64,000 nucleotides of DNA from Thermoanaerobaculia bacterium (GCA_963719225.1 CAVRAY010000001.1:32001-96000), one strand, 5' to 3'; positions 34,317-46,905 are shown, counted from the first letter of the stretch. Numbers and translations: made by a program. Notes: generated by a model not told the origin, from the letters alone.

Positions 34317-36212
34317 TCAGTTCACCCGGGCGCGCGCGGAACCCACGGGGCGCGCGGCGAGAGCCGCGAGGAGCTCGGGTGTCCCTCCCCGGCTCTTGGC
34401 GACCCAGTACTCCGCGAGGCGCGCCGCGAGAGGCGCGGCGGCCGACGCTCCGTGCTCGCCGTGCTCCACGAAGACGACGACGACGATCTTCGGGTCGTCC
34501 TTCGGGGCGAAGCTCGCGAACCAGCCGTGATCGCGCAGCTCCTCCGGCAGGAGATGGCCTTTCTTCGCTTCCTTCTGTCCGACCACCTGCACGGATCCGG
34601 TCTTGCCGCACAGGTCGAGGCCCGGGACGCGCGAGGCGTACGCCGTTCCGCCGGGCATGTTCACGACGCGCCAGAGGCCTTCGACGATCGTCTCGTGAGC
34701 GCCGGGCGGATAGGGGATGGATTCCTTGGACTCGGGGCGGTAGACGAAGCGCTCGCCGGAGTGCACGTTCTCGCCGATGTGGAAGAGATGCGGAGTCGGG
34801 AGAGCGCCGTCCGCATTCGCGATACCGGACATGGCGCGCGCGATCTGCATCGCCGTCACGAGGACGGGCCCCTGGCCGATCGCCACGGAGATCGTCTCGC
34901 CGAGATACCAGGGGTGCTTGCGCGCCGCGAGGCTCCAGGCCGGCGATGGAACGATGCCGCTCTTCTCGTTGGAGAGATCGATGCCGGTCGGCCGCCCGAA
35001 CCCGAAGCGCCCCGCCGACTCGGCGATCGCGTCGATCCCGAGCCGCTTGCCCATCGTGTAGAAGTACGTATCGCACGAGACCTGGAGGGCCGTCGTGAGG
35101 TCCACGGACCCGTGACGGCCGTGACACCGGAAGAAGCGCCCGTAGAACGTGGCGCCGCCCGGGCAGAAGACCCTTTCGTGGGGATCGATGCCGTGCGTGA
35201 GGATCGCGTAGGCCATGTAGGGCTTCCAGATGGACCCCGGCGAGTACACGTTCTGGAGCGGGCGGTTGTTGAGCGGGTGGTCCGGGTCCGCCACGATGTC
35301 TTCCCACTCCGGGCGGCTCACGCGCTTCGTGAAGAAGTTCGGGTCGTACGCAGGAGCGGACAACAGCGCGAGGATCTCGCCCGTCTTCGGGTCGAGCGCC
35401 ACGGCCGAGCCGACCCTGTCGGCGAAATAGTCCTCGGCGATCTTCTGGAGCGAGAGGTCGATCGTCAGGTGCAGCGTGTTTCCGGGCGACGGCGACTCTT
35501 CTCCGATTTTTCCGACTTCGCGGCCGAACGAATCGATGACGTAGCTGCGCCAGCCCGAGAGACCGGAGAGAAGGTCCTGGTACGTCGCCTCGACGCCCTG
35601 CTGGCCGATGGCCTCGCCGGGACGAGGAGGGTTCGTGTCGAGAGGCCGCGCCTTCGCCCGCGCGAGCACCTGCTCCGCCGTGGCTTCGCCGAGATGGCCC
35701 AGGAGATGAGCCGCGGCCGTGCCCTGCGTGTAAACACGGCGCTCCGTCTTCTGGACGACGAGCTCCGGATGCTCGAGCGACCGCGCCTGCACGGCTCCCA
35801 CCTCGGAGATCGTGAGGTTTTCCTGGAGCACGACGGGCACGAAGTCGTAGTACGAGCGGTCGCGCTCGACCCGCCGCTTCAGGTCGTCGAACGGCCGGTT
35901 GAAGAGCTCGGCCACGAAGCGAAGGGAGGCGTCGAGATCCTTCGTCTCGCGGCGGTAGAGCAGGAGCGTGAAAGACGGCTCGTTCTCGGCGAGAACGGTG
36001 CCGTTGCGGTCGAGGATGAAGCCCCGGGGCGCCGTGACGGGCACGCGGCGCAGGCGGTTGTTCTCGGCCTGGCGCTCGTAGGCCTCGCCCCGGAGGATCT
36101 GGTGGACCCAGTACACCCCCGCCAGGAGGCCGATGAGGATCCACGTCCCGCGTGCGACGAGGTCGATGCGCGAAAGCACGGGGCGGCGGTCTTCGCGGGC
36201 GCTGGCAGGCAT
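34317..36212 (-). CDS. mrdA: Penicillin-binding protein 2
   Basis: APRGFILDRNG, SIWK (SxxK), SCD, KTG; TGATG coupling to mreD. Confidence 0.95.
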   Translation of the reverse strand: MPASAREDRRPVLSRIDLVARGTWILIGLLAGVYWVHQILRGEAYERQAENNRLRRVPVTAPRGFILDRNGTVLAENEPSFTLLLYRRETKDLDASLRFVAELFNRPFDDLKRRVERDRSYYDFVPVVLQENLTISEVGAVQARSLEHPELVVQKTERRVYTQGTAAAHLLGHLGEATAEQVLARAKARPLDTNPPRPGEAIGQQGVEATYQDLLSGLSGWRSYVIDSFGREVGKIGEESPSPGNTLHLTIDLSLQKIAEDYFADRVGSAVALDPKTGEILALLSAPAYDPNFFTKRVSRPEWEDIVADPDHPLNNRPLQNVYSPGSIWKPYMAYAILTHGIDPHERVFCPGGATFYGRFFRCHGRHGSVDLTTALQVSCDTYFYTMGKRLGIDAIAESAGRFGFGRPTGIDLSNEKSGIVPSPAWSLAARKHPWYLGETISVAIGQGPVLVTAMQIARAMSGIANADGALPTPHLFHIGENVHSGERFVYRPESKESIPYPPGAHETIVEGLWRVVNMPGGTAYASRVPGLDLCGKTGSVQVVGQKEAKKGHLLPEELRDHGWFASFAPKDDPKIVVVVFVEHGEHGASAAAPLAARLAEYWVAKSRGGTPELLAALAARPVGSARARVN

Positions 36213-36727
36213 CAGTTCAGTCTCACACGTCGGCGCGCCTGGCGCCGCTCTTTCCAGGGTACCCGGGACGCCGCGTAGAGAAGGCCGCCGAGCACTCCCG
36301 TCGTCAGGGCGCGGGCGGTGAGGGGCCACGGGGCGGGCGGAAGGAAATCGCCCGTGAGCACCCAGATCAGGAACGTGAGCGTCGCCGCCTCGACGAGGAC
36401 GGCGCCCGAGAGGAGGCCGCCGACGGCCAGGGGCTTCTCGACGACCGTTCGCGCGCCCACCGTGGCCAGGAGGTATCCGATCAGGATCTTGGAGAACGCG
36501 TGGAGCCCGAGAAGCCGGCTGGGCCCGAAGAGGCCGTCCTGGAGAAGGCCTGCCGGAAGAGCGGCCAGCATCGCGGGCACGGCAGCCCCGCCTCGCGCCA
36601 TGTCCGCGACGACGAGCAGGAAGAAGTCCGGAGGCGCCGGCATGTGGAGCGCGCCGAGCGCGAGCGTCGCGAGAACCGCGAGAGAAAGCCCGACCGCGAC
36701 GCGAAGCGCCTTCATCTCGCCCGCCAC
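36212..36727 (-). CDS. mreD: Rod shape-determining protein MreD (start may be ATG 36715)
   Basis: Very hydrophobic; PDF, GLLQD..., LGLHAF; position between mreC and mrdA. Confidence 0.85.
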   Translation of the reverse strand: MAGEMKALRVAVGLSLAVLATLALGALHMPAPPDFFLLVVADMARGGAAVPAMLAALPAGLLQDGLFGPSRLLGLHAFSKILIGYLLATVGARTVVEKPLAVGGLLSGAVLVEAATLTFLIWVLTGDFLPPAPWPLTARALTTGVLGGLLYAASRVPWKERRQARRRVRLN

Positions 36728-36731
36728 ACGC

Positions 36732-37601
36732 TCAGCGGCGTTCCAGCACGGAAGGGCCCGACGTGACGTCGGACTTCATCACGGGAGGCAGGACGAACAC
36801 GAGAGACTCTCCGTGGGGATCCGCGGCCGCGACGACCTGGATGTCCCAGAACAGCGTCTTGTTGCGGTGGACCGACGCGATACGGCCGACCGGGAGGCCG
36901 CCGGGGTAGACGCCGTCCGTGCCCGAGGAGATGAGCGTGTCGTTCGGCTCGACGGGCTCGATCGTCGGCACGTACTCCACCGACACGCTTCCTTTTCCGT
37001 CGCCTTTCGCAACGGCCATGCGTCCGCTGCGTGTCCCGTGCGTCAGAAGCACGCCCACGGCGGCCGTGTTGTCGGAGAGAAGCTGCACGCGCGCCGTCTT
37101 GGGGCCGAGGGCAATGACGCGGCCGAGCAGCCCGCCCCGCGCGACCACGACGCCGTCGAGCCGGAGGCCGTCGGCCGCGCCACGGTCCAGGAGCGCCGTG
37201 TGGAAGGGTCCGCTCGACTCCACGGCGATGAGCCGCGCCGGAATCGTCCCGGCCGGGGGTGAAGGCTGAGCGCCGAAAAGCTCGAGGAGGCGCCCCTTGT
37301 CGTCTTCGGCATCGCGCAGGCGAAGGAGCTCTCCACGGAGTCGGGCGACCTCGTCGGTCAACGCACGATTCTCGACGCGGAGCGCGCGCCGTGACATCGC
37401 CCAGGTCCCGATCTCGTGGATGCCCGACCGCACGGACGTGACGAGATCGACGAAGGGGGAGACGGCCGTGAGGAGCCAGCCCTCGCCGACGGTGCGCCCG
37501 CCGGGCCGGCGTACCTGGAGCGACAGCGTGACGAGGCAGACCGACAGGAGCACCGCGAGGAAGATTTCCGGGCGGCGTTCGGTGAGGGTCGGGCCGGCCA
37601 C
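36732..37601 (-). CDS. mreC: Rod shape-determining protein MreC
   Basis: N-terminal TM, coiled coil ENRAL, LDRGAADG, GLLGRV, SSG.DGVYP.GLPVG. Confidence 0.93.
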   Translation of the reverse strand: MAGPTLTERRPEIFLAVLLSVCLVTLSLQVRRPGGRTVGEGWLLTAVSPFVDLVTSVRSGIHEIGTWAMSRRALRVENRALTDEVARLRGELLRLRDAEDDKGRLLELFGAQPSPPAGTIPARLIAVESSGPFHTALLDRGAADGLRLDGVVVARGGLLGRVIALGPKTARVQLLSDNTAAVGVLLTHGTRSGRMAVAKGDGKGSVSVEYVPTIEPVEPNDTLISSGTDGVYPGGLPVGRIASVHRNKTLFWDIQVVAAADPHGESLVFVLPPVMKSDVTSGPSVLERR

Positions 37602-37606
37602 GGGCG

Positions 37607-38674
<1,068 letters not shown>

Positions 38675-38687
38675 CTATGGTCAGTTG

Positions 38688-40121
38688 CTAATTGAGGAGC
38701 ACCGATTCCTTTTTGACCGTCTCGCCGCCGGCCGTGCGCGCCTTGATGACGATCTTCTGCAGGCCGTCGCCGCTCATGGAAATGACCTTCCGGAAGGTTC
38801 CGTCCCCGCCCACGTCCGCGATCTCGCCGTTGACGGTGACGGTGGCGCCGGGAGCCGTGCGGCCGACGAGCACGACGGACGAGCCGACGACGTTCGGTCT
38901 CTGCGTGATGACGAGGTCGGGGGGAAGCGTGTCCGTCCTCTCCCGGGAAACGTCGCCGGAGGAGACCTTGAAGCGGCGGGACGCCGACCAATCCGAGAGT
39001 GCCGGCGGGTTCCCTTTGCGCATGGAACGCACGTGCCAGAAGTACGAGCCCGGCTGGATCTGGGAGATGTCGATGAGGACCTCGGCCTTGGTGCGCTCGT
39101 TCGCGCCGATGTCGAGGATCGAGTCCTTGACGAAGAATCGGCTGCGCGCGATCTCGATCTCGTAGGTCGACGCGTCCTTGATCGACGACCAGCGCAGGCG
39201 CAGGGGATCGCGCTTCTTGAAGTCGATCTCGAGGTTGTCCTCGGGCGCATTGAGTGACGGCGCTTCGGGGAGGGTCGTCTTCGGCCCGATGCCGCCGTCC
39301 TTCGACGCGGCGGCGCGCTCGCGGGGTCCGAGCACCTCGGAACGCCCCGTCTTGTCGGTGAGGGTCGTCGAACCGGCGAAGCTGCTCACGTTCGTCCGCT
39401 GCGAGTCGGTGTCCATGCCCACGCTCGCGTTCGTGCCGATGTGCGCAAGGGCGGCGTCCGTCGACACCGAGGCCTTGTTCTTGTCTCCCGTGTTGACGTC
39501 CGTGGTCCCGACGACGAGCTTCACGTTCGCTCCGGAGGAGCCTCCCGCGCCGTGGACCTCGAAGAGCGTCTCGGGCCGGATCCGGTACATCGTTCCGTCG
39601 TTCCAGAGCACCTCGGCCGTGCCGTTCGGGCCGGTCTTGATGAAGTCGCCTTCGGCGACCCCGGTGTTGGGCTTGAGGCTCTCCCACGTGTTGCGGTTCG
39701 CTTTCTGGATCTTGACGTCGCCCGCGGTGTCGACGACGTTCGCATTGCTCTTCAGGCCGGCGCCCGCGACGATCTTCAACGCGCGGGACTTGACCTCGAG
39801 GGCCGTCCGCGCGGCCTTCTCGTTCGAGCCCGCCGCGAGGTCCTTCCGCGCCTCGCCGAGCATCTCCTCCGCCGAGGCGATCTCCTTGGCGAGGAGCGAC
39901 GCGTCCTTCTGCTGCCGCGCGCGGACGAGCGCGTCGTCCGCCTCGGCGATCGCCTGCTTGGCGCGGATGGCGGTTTCGTCGCGTTTCAGGAAATAGAAGA
40001 CCCCGCCCGCGATCCCCGCGGCGAGGACCACGATGCCGACCAGTATCCGAACGAGCGTCTGGGTCGAGACGTAATACCACTCGAGCTGGGATTCCAGGTT
40101 GCTCGAAGACTTCTTGGGCAT
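38688..40121 (-). CDS. Bitopic membrane protein with FecR-like, FN3-like and C-terminal Ig-like domains
   Basis: Single TM, helical stalk, [20 protein letters not shown] (FecR), LRWS...YEIEIA...YFWHVR (FN3), [13 protein letters not shown]. Confidence 0.75.
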   Translation of the reverse strand: MPKKSSSNLESQLEWYYVSTQTLVRILVGIVVLAAGIAGGVFYFLKRDETAIRAKQAIAEADDALVRARQQKDASLLAKEIASAEEMLGEARKDLAAGSNEKAARTALEVKSRALKIVAGAGLKSNANVVDTAGDVKIQKANRNTWESLKPNTGVAEGDFIKTGPNGTAEVLWNDGTMYRIRPETLFEVHGAGGSSGANVKLVVGTTDVNTGDKNKASVSTDAALAHIGTNASVGMDTDSQRTNVSSFAGSTTLTDKTGRSEVLGPRERAAASKDGGIGPKTTLPEAPSLNAPEDNLEIDFKKRDPLRLRWSSIKDASTYEIEIARSRFFVKDSILDIGANERTKAEVLIDISQIQPGSYFWHVRSMRKGNPPALSDWSASRRFKVSSGDVSRERTDTLPPDLVITQRPNVVGSSVVLVGRTAPGATVTVNGEIADVGGDGTFRKVISMSGDGLQKIVIKARTAGGETVKKESVLLN

Positions 40122-40162
40122 AACGCTCGTTTCTGGAAACCCTTACAGCAAACCTTCTTATA

Positions 40163-40184
40163 GCATGCCGGACCTCCGGCATGC
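40163..40184. promoter_or_regulatory. 9-bp perfect inverted repeat in a divergent promoter region
   Basis: GCATGCCGG-ACCT-CCGGCATGC, overlapping TGCTATAAG on the minus strand. Confidence 0.4.
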
Positions 40185-40305
40185 CCTCCGGGGTGCAGCC
40201 TTTCCGTACGAACTTTACCGCCGTTTGCCTCTGGGGTATCGTCTTCGGTTCTTTCGGACCCCGTGGCGCGCGAGCGCCCCGGACGCGTCCCACTTCGGAG
40301 AAAAG

Positions 40306-42252
40306 ATGCTCAAGGCGCTGCGCGAGAATTTCAAACACCTCCAATGGATCCTCTGGGCGGTCATCGCCGTCTTCGTGATCTTCGTTTTCGCCGATTGGGG
40401 CATGGGCTCCCAGCGCGGCGGTGCGGGCGACACCTCGCTCGCGGCGAAGGCCGGCGACATCCGGATCACGACCGCCGATTTTCAGAGGGAATATGCCTTC
40501 GCCGAGGATCGCTACCGTCAGGCGTACGGGAAGAACTTCACTCCTGAGCTCGCGCGCGCGATGAACCTGCCCGAGCAGGTCCTCAACTCCCTGATCGACC
40601 GCCGGCTGTTCCGCGACGAAGCCGAGCGGCTGCACCTGAAGGTGACGGACGACGAGCTCACACAGCACATCCTCGGGATCAAGGATCCCCAGAGCGGCCG
40701 GGCGCTCTTCGTGAAGGACGGCTCCTTCGTCGGCGACGCGGCGTACCGCCGGATCCTCGCGGCGAATCACCTCGCGCCGCAGAGTTTCGAAGACGGGCAG
40801 CGCGAGCAGATCCTGCTCGAGAAGCTGAACCGTTTCCTGACGGAATCCATCGTCGTGTCCGACGACGAGGTGAAGGCCGAGTTCGAGAAGAAGAACGTCA
40901 AGGCGAAGGTCGCCTGGGCGCTCCTGCCCGTCGTCACGACCGCGCAGGCGCCCGTCACCGACTCGGAGGCCGAGGCGTACTTCAAGACGAACCCGACCCC
41001 GTACCTCCAGCCCGAAAAGCGCAGGGCGAAGTACCTCCTCGTCGAGACGGCGAAGATCAAGCCCTCGATCCAGGTGTCGGACGCCGACGTCGCCGCCAAC
41101 TACTCCTCGGCCGCGGAGAGCTTCCGCAAGGGCGAGGAAGTGCACGCGCGCCACATCCTGTACAAGGTCGAAGGCGCGAACGATGCCGCCCAGAAGGCGA
41201 AGGCGGAGGCCGCCGTGCGCAAGCTCAAGGGCGGCGCGGACTTCGCGACGCTCGCGCAAGCCGAATCGGACGACCCGGGCTCGAAGGCGAACGGCGGGGA
41301 CCTCGGCTCGTTCCCGAGGGGCCGGATGGTGAAAGAGTTCGAAGACGCGGCCTTCGCTGCGAAGGAGAAGGAAATCGTCGGGCCCGTCAAGAGCTCGTTC
41401 GGATACCACGTCATCCAGGTCCTCGAGAAGACGGGCGAGCGCGTCCAGCCGCTCTTCGAGGTCTCGGCGGGCATCCGCGCGCGTCTGCAGGAGGACCGCG
41501 CGCGCGACGAGGCCAAGCGCCTTGCCGCGGGCCTCGCGGAAAAGGTCGCGAAGATGAACAAGCCCTCCGACGACGACCTGCGCAAGCTCGCCGGGGGCGG
41601 TGTGACGTTCAACGAGACAGAGCTCCTCGCGCGGACGGACGCGCCCCAGGGCATCGGGTTCAACCCTCAATTCAGCGAGAAGCTGTTTTCTCTCAAGGAA
41701 GGAGAGACCTCCGCGACTCCCGTCTCCACCTCGCGCGGCGAAGCGATCGTCAAGCTCGTCGAGATCAAGAAGCCCGGCCTTCCGGCGTTCGCCGAGGTCA
41801 AGGCGCGCGTCCTCGCCGACATCCAGAGGAAGAGGCAGGACGAGGCGACGCTCGCGTCGCTGAGGCAGGCGATGGCGGGGGGCGCGACGCTCGAGGGCGT
41901 CGCCAAGAAGCTGAACCTGAAGATCGAAGCTCCCGAGGCGTTCGGGAAGGGCGGTCCGATCCCCGGCCTCGGCTCGCCGAAAGCGGTTCTCGACGCCGTG
42001 TTCGCCGCGAAGCCGGGCGAGCTGAAAGGCCCCATCGCCGTGGCCGAGCGCGGAGCCGTCGTCGTGCGCGTCGACAGCGTGACGCCGTTCGAGCAGGCGG
42101 CCTTCGAGAAGGAGAAGGACGCGTTGAAGGAGAGCCTGCGCGGGCAGAAGTCAAACCGACTGATCCAGGCGCTCGTCCAGAAGAAGCGCTCCGACCTGAA
42201 GATCGAGTTCAATCGGGAGCTCCTCTCGAAGATGGGCGGCTCGAAGGCCTAG
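40306..42252 (+). CDS. ppiD: PpiD/SurA-family parvulin peptidyl-prolyl isomerase
   Basis: N-terminal TM, SurA_N helices, [37 protein letters not shown]; GGAG RBS. Confidence 0.88.
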   Translation: MLKALRENFKHLQWILWAVIAVFVIFVFADWGMGSQRGGAGDTSLAAKAGDIRITTADFQREYAFAEDRYRQAYGKNFTPELARAMNLPEQVLNSLIDRRLFRDEAERLHLKVTDDELTQHILGIKDPQSGRALFVKDGSFVGDAAYRRILAANHLAPQSFEDGQREQILLEKLNRFLTESIVVSDDEVKAEFEKKNVKAKVAWALLPVVTTAQAPVTDSEAEAYFKTNPTPYLQPEKRRAKYLLVETAKIKPSIQVSDADVAANYSSAAESFRKGEEVHARHILYKVEGANDAAQKAKAEAAVRKLKGGADFATLAQAESDDPGSKANGGDLGSFPRGRMVKEFEDAAFAAKEKEIVGPVKSSFGYHVIQVLEKTGERVQPLFEVSAGIRARLQEDRARDEAKRLAAGLAEKVAKMNKPSDDDLRKLAGGGVTFNETELLARTDAPQGIGFNPQFSEKLFSLKEGETSATPVSTSRGEAIVKLVEIKKPGLPAFAEVKARVLADIQRKRQDEATLASLRQAMAGGATLEGVAKKLNLKIEAPEAFGKGGPIPGLGSPKAVLDAVFAAKPGELKGPIAVAERGAVVVRVDSVTPFEQAAFEKEKDALKESLRGQKSNRLIQALVQKKRSDLKIEFNRELLSKMGGSKA

Positions 42253-42266
42253 GGACGACGGCCCCG

Positions 42267-42860
42267 GTGATCGCCCGCCTCTCCGGGACCGTCCTCGATC
42301 TGCGAACCGACCGGCTCGTCCTCGACGTCAACGGCGTCGGCTACGACCTCGCGATTCCGCTCGGCACGTTCTCCGCGCTCCCGCCCGTCGGCGAGAAGGC
42401 CGTCCTCCACGTCCACATGCACGTGCGCGAGGACGCGCTCTCGCTCTTCGGCTTCGCGACGGCGCAGGAGAAATACGTCTTCGAGCGCCTCATCTCGGTG
42501 TCGGGAATCGGGCCGAGGGTCGCGCTCACGGTGCTGTCCGGCCTGCCGCTGCCGGACCTCGTCCGCGCGATCGCGACGCAGAACGCGCGCGTCCTCGCGA
42601 CGATCCCGGGAGTCGGCAAGAAGCTGGCCGAACGGCTCGGACTCGAGCTGAAGGAGAAGCTCGCGGGCTTCGGCGAGGGCGCGGGGCTCGCGGCCGCGGG
42701 CGGAAAGGCCTCGGCCGTCGAGGACGCGATCGGCGCCCTCGAGAACCTCGGCTACAAGCTCGCGCAGGCCGAGCAGGCCGTGGAGAGGGCCGTCAAGGAC
42801 GTCGGGATCGACGACCTCAACAAGATTCTCCAGGCGGCGCTGAAGTCGCTCGCGCGGTAG
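42267..42860 (+). CDS. ruvA: Holliday junction branch migration protein RuvA
   Basis: MIARLSG, VNGVGY, VREDA..LFGF, VSGIGP, IPGVGKK.AER, ALENLGY. Confidence 0.97.
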   Translation: MIARLSGTVLDLRTDRLVLDVNGVGYDLAIPLGTFSALPPVGEKAVLHVHMHVREDALSLFGFATAQEKYVFERLISVSGIGPRVALTVLSGLPLPDLVRAIATQNARVLATIPGVGKKLAERLGLELKEKLAGFGEGAGLAAAGGKASAVEDAIGALENLGYKLAQAEQAVERAVKDVGIDDLNKILQAALKSLAR

Positions 42861-42960
42861 GGCGCTCGTCGGCCCGGTACGCCCCGCTCCTTCGCGCGCG
42901 AACTCGCTTCGCTCAGACAGCGCGTCGCGTGCGTCGCGGAGCACCCGCCGTCCTCTCGCG
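42861..42960. repeat. REP-like intergenic element
   Basis: Core AACTCGCTTCGCTCAGACAG with partly complementary GC-rich flanks; single copy in the window. Confidence 0.35.
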
Positions 42961-42973
42961 CCATAATCCGCCA

Positions 42974-43993
42974 GTGGACGAACGCATTCTCTCGGGCGTG
43001 CTCCAGACGGCCGAGGCGGACCCCGAGGTTACGCTCCGCCCGCGCGCGCTCCAGGAGTTCGTCGGGCAGCCGAAGCTGAAGGAGACGCTCGGCGTCTTCC
43101 TGCAGGCCGCGCGGCAGCGGCAGGAGCCGCTGGACCACGTCCTCCTCTGCGGCCCCCCGGGCCTCGGGAAGACGACGCTCGCGCACATCATCGCCCGCGA
43201 GATGGGCGCGCAGATCCGCGTCACGTCCGGCCCGGTTCTCGAGAAGGCGGGCGACCTCGCCGCGATTCTCACGAACCTGGCGCCGGGCGACGTCCTGTTC
43301 GTGGACGAGATCCACCGCATGCCGCCCGCGGTCGAGGAGATCCTGTACCCGGCGATGGAGGACGGGAAGCTCGACCTCGTCATCGGCACCGGCCCGGGGG
43401 CGCGCACGGTCGAGCTGAGGCTTCCGCCGTTCACGCTCGTGGGCGCGACGACGCGGGCCGGGCTCCTCTCCCAGCCCTTCACCGCGCGCTTCGGCATCAC
43501 GCACCGCCTCGACTTCTACGACGCCGAGGCGCTCGCGACCATCGTGACGCGCTCGGCCGACATCCTCTCCTGCCCGGTCGAGGCCGCGGGCGCCCGCGAG
43601 ATCGCCCGGCGCAGCCGCGGCACGCCGCGCATCGCGAACCGGCTCCTGCGCCGCGTGCGCGACTACGCCGAGGTCGCCGGGGAAAGCGCGATCACCGAGC
43701 GCGCGGCCGAAGTCGCGCTCGACAAGCTCGAGGTCGACCAGCACGGCCTCGACGAGATCGACCGCCGGATCCTCACGCTCGTCATCGAGCGGTTTTCCGG
43801 CGGGCCCGTCGGCCTCTCGGCGCTCGCGCACTCGCTCGGCGAGGACAAGGGCACGCTCGAGGATCTGTACGAGCCGTTCCTCCTCCAGTCCGGATTCCTG
43901 CAGCGCACGCCGAAGGGGCGCGTGGCTTCCGCCCTCGCGTATCGCCACCTCGGGCTGAAGCCCATGGCGGGCCCGGGCACGCTCTTTGGCTGA
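42974..43993 (+). CDS. ruvB: Holliday junction branch migration helicase RuvB
   Basis: [41 protein letters not shown]. Confidence 0.97.
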   Translation: MDERILSGVLQTAEADPEVTLRPRALQEFVGQPKLKETLGVFLQAARQRQEPLDHVLLCGPPGLGKTTLAHIIAREMGAQIRVTSGPVLEKAGDLAAILTNLAPGDVLFVDEIHRMPPAVEEILYPAMEDGKLDLVIGTGPGARTVELRLPPFTLVGATTRAGLLSQPFTARFGITHRLDFYDAEALATIVTRSADILSCPVEAAGAREIARRSRGTPRIANRLLRRVRDYAEVAGESAITERAAEVALDKLEVDQHGLDEIDRRILTLVIERFSGGPVGLSALAHSLGEDKGTLEDLYEPFLLQSGFLQRTPKGRVASALAYRHLGLKPMAGPGTLFG

Positions 43994-44900
43994 GAGCGGC
44001 CCGCGGCGGGGCCTCCTCGTCTACAACCCGGTGGCCGGCGGCGCGGGCCGGGGTCCGGACATGGACGGAGTCGTCGCGCGCGCGGCCCAGAGAGGGCTCG
44101 AGCTCCTTCCCCTGCCGACCGAGCGCCCGCGCCACGCGACCGAGCTCGTGGCCGCGCGACTCGGGGAAGAGCTCGATCTCGTGGCCGTCGCGGGAGGCGA
44201 CGGGACCGTCGGTGAGGTCGCGGAAGCCCTGCTCGGCACCGACGTGCCGATCGCGATCCTTCCGACGGGCACGGCGAACGTCGTCGCGCGGGAGTACGGC
44301 ATCGGCCGCACCGTGTCAGAAGGCGAGCGCGCGCTGACGTCCTCGCGCGCCGAGCCCATCACGGTCTGGCGCGCGGCGGGCCGGACGTGCCTCATCAGCG
44401 CGGGCGTGGGGTTCGACGCGCGCGTCATGAAGAACATCGTGCCGGTTCTCAAGCGCCTCTTCGGCCGCACCGGCATCGGCTGGACCGCCACGATGGAATG
44501 GCTGAAGTACGAGTTCCCGCCGATCGAGGTGACCGGCGTGGACGCCGAAGGCGCGTCCTTCTCGGTGGAGGCGACGTTCGTCCTCGCCGCGAACACACGC
44601 CGCTATGGAGGCGACCCGATCCTGTCGCCATTTGCGGATCCGTCGGACGACCTCCTCGACCTCGTCCTGTTCGGGTCCCGCTCGAGATGGACGCTCATGC
44701 GCTGGTACGGCCGCCTCTCGCGCGGCAAGGCCGCACACCTCTCGCTCGAGGGCTGTTCGCGCCGCGGGGTGAGGAGCTTCACCGCGCGCTCCCGGGCGGG
44801 CTACGAGCTCGACGTGCAGGTCGACGGCGACGCGGTCACGACGACGCCGTTCGCGATGGGTCCGGCTGCGGGCCGCGTCAAGATCGTCGTCCCCGAGTGA
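43986..44900 (+). CDS. Diacylglycerol/lipid kinase family protein (YegS/DgkB-like)
   Basis: YNPVAG, AGGDGT, LPTGTAN, GVGFDA, QVDGD. Confidence 0.92.
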   Translation: MAESGPRRGLLVYNPVAGGAGRGPDMDGVVARAAQRGLELLPLPTERPRHATELVAARLGEELDLVAVAGGDGTVGEVAEALLGTDVPIAILPTGTANVVAREYGIGRTVSEGERALTSSRAEPITVWRAAGRTCLISAGVGFDARVMKNIVPVLKRLFGRTGIGWTATMEWLKYEFPPIEVTGVDAEGASFSVEATFVLAANTRRYGGDPILSPFADPSDDLLDLVLFGSRSRWTLMRWYGRLSRGKAAHLSLEGCSRRGVRSFTARSRAGYELDVQVDGDAVTTTPFAMGPAAGRVKIVVPE

Positions 44901-44928
44901 GCGGCTAAGATCCCAGGCAGGAGGACCC

Positions 44929-45150
44929 ATGCGACGGATCGCTCTCGTCCTCATCGTGCTCGGCATCCTGGGATTTCTCGTCGCGTCCAGCCAGCGCAGC
45001 GGCTACGAGAGCGTGGAGGGCCGGATGAAGGCCACGTTCTCGAAAGAGGAGCGCGGCAAGCGCGACATGGCCGCGACGGGCCGCTGGGTCGCGCTCGCGA
45101 TCGCGGCCATCGGCGTCGCTCTGTTCTTCGTGCCGGAACGGAAGCGCTGA
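44929..45150 (+). CDS. Small two-TM membrane protein
   Basis: AGGAGG RBS; two hydrophobic helices. Confidence 0.7.
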   Translation: MRRIALVLIVLGILGFLVASSQRSGYESVEGRMKATFSKEERGKRDMAATGRWVALAIAAIGVALFFVPERKR

Positions 45151-45180
45151 TCCGTTTCCGGAATCGGGAGGAGGCGTGCG

Positions 45181-45732
45181 ATGGCGAAATGGTTCTTCGA
45201 GCCCGGCCACACGGCGGCGGAGTTCCGTGCCCGGCACATGATGGTCACCTGGGTGCGAGGACACTTCAAGAGCGTGCACGGCATGCTCGAGTTCGACCCC
45301 GGGAATCCGAAGGCGTCCTCCCTGAAGGTGGAGATCGACGCCCGCGGAATCTGGACGGGGGAGCCGGACCGTGACGCCCACTTGAAGAGCGCGGACTTCC
45401 TGGACGTCGAAAACCACCCCACGATCACGTTTTCGGGAAGCGAGGTCGAGCTCGTCGGCGACCACGACGCTTTCGTGACGGGAAATCTCACGATCCGGGG
45501 GAAGACGAAGAGGACGACGCTGAAGGTCCTTTATCTGGGCCAGTGGTCGACTCCCTGGTGGGAGGACGGCGTCGACAAGGGCCCGAAGCTGCGGGCCGGC
45601 TTCCTCGCGACGACGACCATCAACCGGCACGACTTCGGCGTGAGCTGGAACTCCTCCCTCGATCGCGGCGGCCTCGTCGTCGGGAACGAGGTCGAGATCA
45701 CCCTCGACGCCGAAGCGATCCGGGAAGCCTGA
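45181..45732 (+). CDS. YceI-family protein
   Basis: HTAAEF, RDAHLKSADFLDVE.HP.ITF, GNLTIRG, INRHDFGV. Confidence 0.93.
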   Translation: MAKWFFEPGHTAAEFRARHMMVTWVRGHFKSVHGMLEFDPGNPKASSLKVEIDARGIWTGEPDRDAHLKSADFLDVENHPTITFSGSEVELVGDHDAFVTGNLTIRGKTKRTTLKVLYLGQWSTPWWEDGVDKGPKLRAGFLATTTINRHDFGVSWNSSLDRGGLVVGNEVEITLDAEAIREA

Positions 45733-45735
45733 CCC

Positions 45736-46899
45736 TTACTTCCTCGCCGCGTCCTGGATGATCCTCGCGACCTCCGGGTGGTTTTCGCGATTCGCGATCT
45801 CGAGGAGCTCCGCCTTGTCCTTCTTCACGTCGGCCCCGGCCGCGATGAGGATCTTGACGACGTCGACGTAACCGCGGAGGACGGCGACGGTCAGGGCCGT
45901 GCTGCCGGCCGAGTCGCGCGCGTTCACCTTCGCCTTCCCTTTCAGGAGGATCTTCACGTTCTCGAGGTTCCCCTGCTCCGCGGCCGCCGAGAGCGGGGTG
46001 ACGCCGTAGGTGTTCGGCGTGTTCACGTCGGCGCCGGCGGCGACGAGGGCCCGGAGGAGCTCGGGATCCTTTCGCGAGGCGGCGTCCATCACGAGAGTCT
46101 GGTCGTAAGGGCCCTTGAGGTTGACGTTCGCGCCGCCGGCGATGAGGACCTTCGCCATCTCGGCGTTTCCCCGGTCCACGGCATCCTTGAGCGGGGGAGT
46201 GGAGCGGGGCGAGGCGTCGGGCAGCATGCCCGCTTTCAGGTAGAGCGCCACGGCGGCCGTATCGTTCGCCATGACCTTCCTGAAGAAGGTCTCCTTGTCG
46301 AACGGCAGGTCCTGCGCCCGAAGCTCGATGCGAGCGCGTTCAGCCGGCGTCGCGTTCGCGGGGATCTCCTCCGCAACCTTCTGAGGCGGACGATAGATCG
46401 GCGCGTCGAACTCCACCGAGTAGCGGAAGGAATAGCCGCTGTCCCGGAAGGCGAGGCGGCCGGCGAAGGAGACCTCGGCTGTCTGCTTGGGGGTGAACGT
46501 TCCGACGTCCGCCACGGAGAGGTCCGCCGGCAGGCCCTTCACGAAGAAAGTCGACTTCTTCAGCTTCCTCTGGGCGTCGAAGTCCACGATGACGGCCTGG
46601 AATTCGCCGGCCGTTGCGGCCGCGGTGAGCTTGCGGGCGCTCGCGAGGACTTCGGGAGAGATGGCGGAACCGTCCGTGAGAACGACTCGGATCTCCTCCG
46701 CCTTCTTGCCTTTCGGCGTCTGGGCGATGACGTAGGCCCTCGTGAGCTTCGTGACGTCACGGGCCTGGACGGCCTCGCCCTTGGCCGTCCCGCCGTCTTC
46801 GGGTCTCTTCGGACCCGCCGCGCGATCCTGGTCCACCGAGGCGCAGGCGGAGATGAAGAGGGCGGAAAGGAGGCAGAGAAGGAGAGCGGGTGTTTTCAT
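45736..46899 (-). CDS. Ankyrin-repeat lipoprotein
   Basis: Lipobox ISAC; C-terminal repeats such as GVTPLSAAAEQGNLENVKILL and AGADVN. Confidence 0.85.
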   Translation of the reverse strand: MKTPALLLCLLSALFISACASVDQDRAAGPKRPEDGGTAKGEAVQARDVTKLTRAYVIAQTPKGKKAEEIRVVLTDGSAISPEVLASARKLTAAATAGEFQAVIVDFDAQRKLKKSTFFVKGLPADLSVADVGTFTPKQTAEVSFAGRLAFRDSGYSFRYSVEFDAPIYRPPQKVAEEIPANATPAERARIELRAQDLPFDKETFFRKVMANDTAAVALYLKAGMLPDASPRSTPPLKDAVDRGNAEMAKVLIAGGANVNLKGPYDQTLVMDAASRKDPELLRALVAAGADVNTPNTYGVTPLSAAAEQGNLENVKILLKGKAKVNARDSAGSTALTVAVLRGYVDVVKILIAAGADVKKDKAELLEIANRENHPEVARIIQDAARK

Positions 46900-46905
46900 G
46901 AGCTC

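Noticed and set aside
31495-36278. 1549-aa and 1538-aa ORFs
   Set aside because: Alternative-frame and antisense shadows of rng-rodA-mrdA, typical of high-GC DNA; the same applies to most other overlapping ORFs in the track
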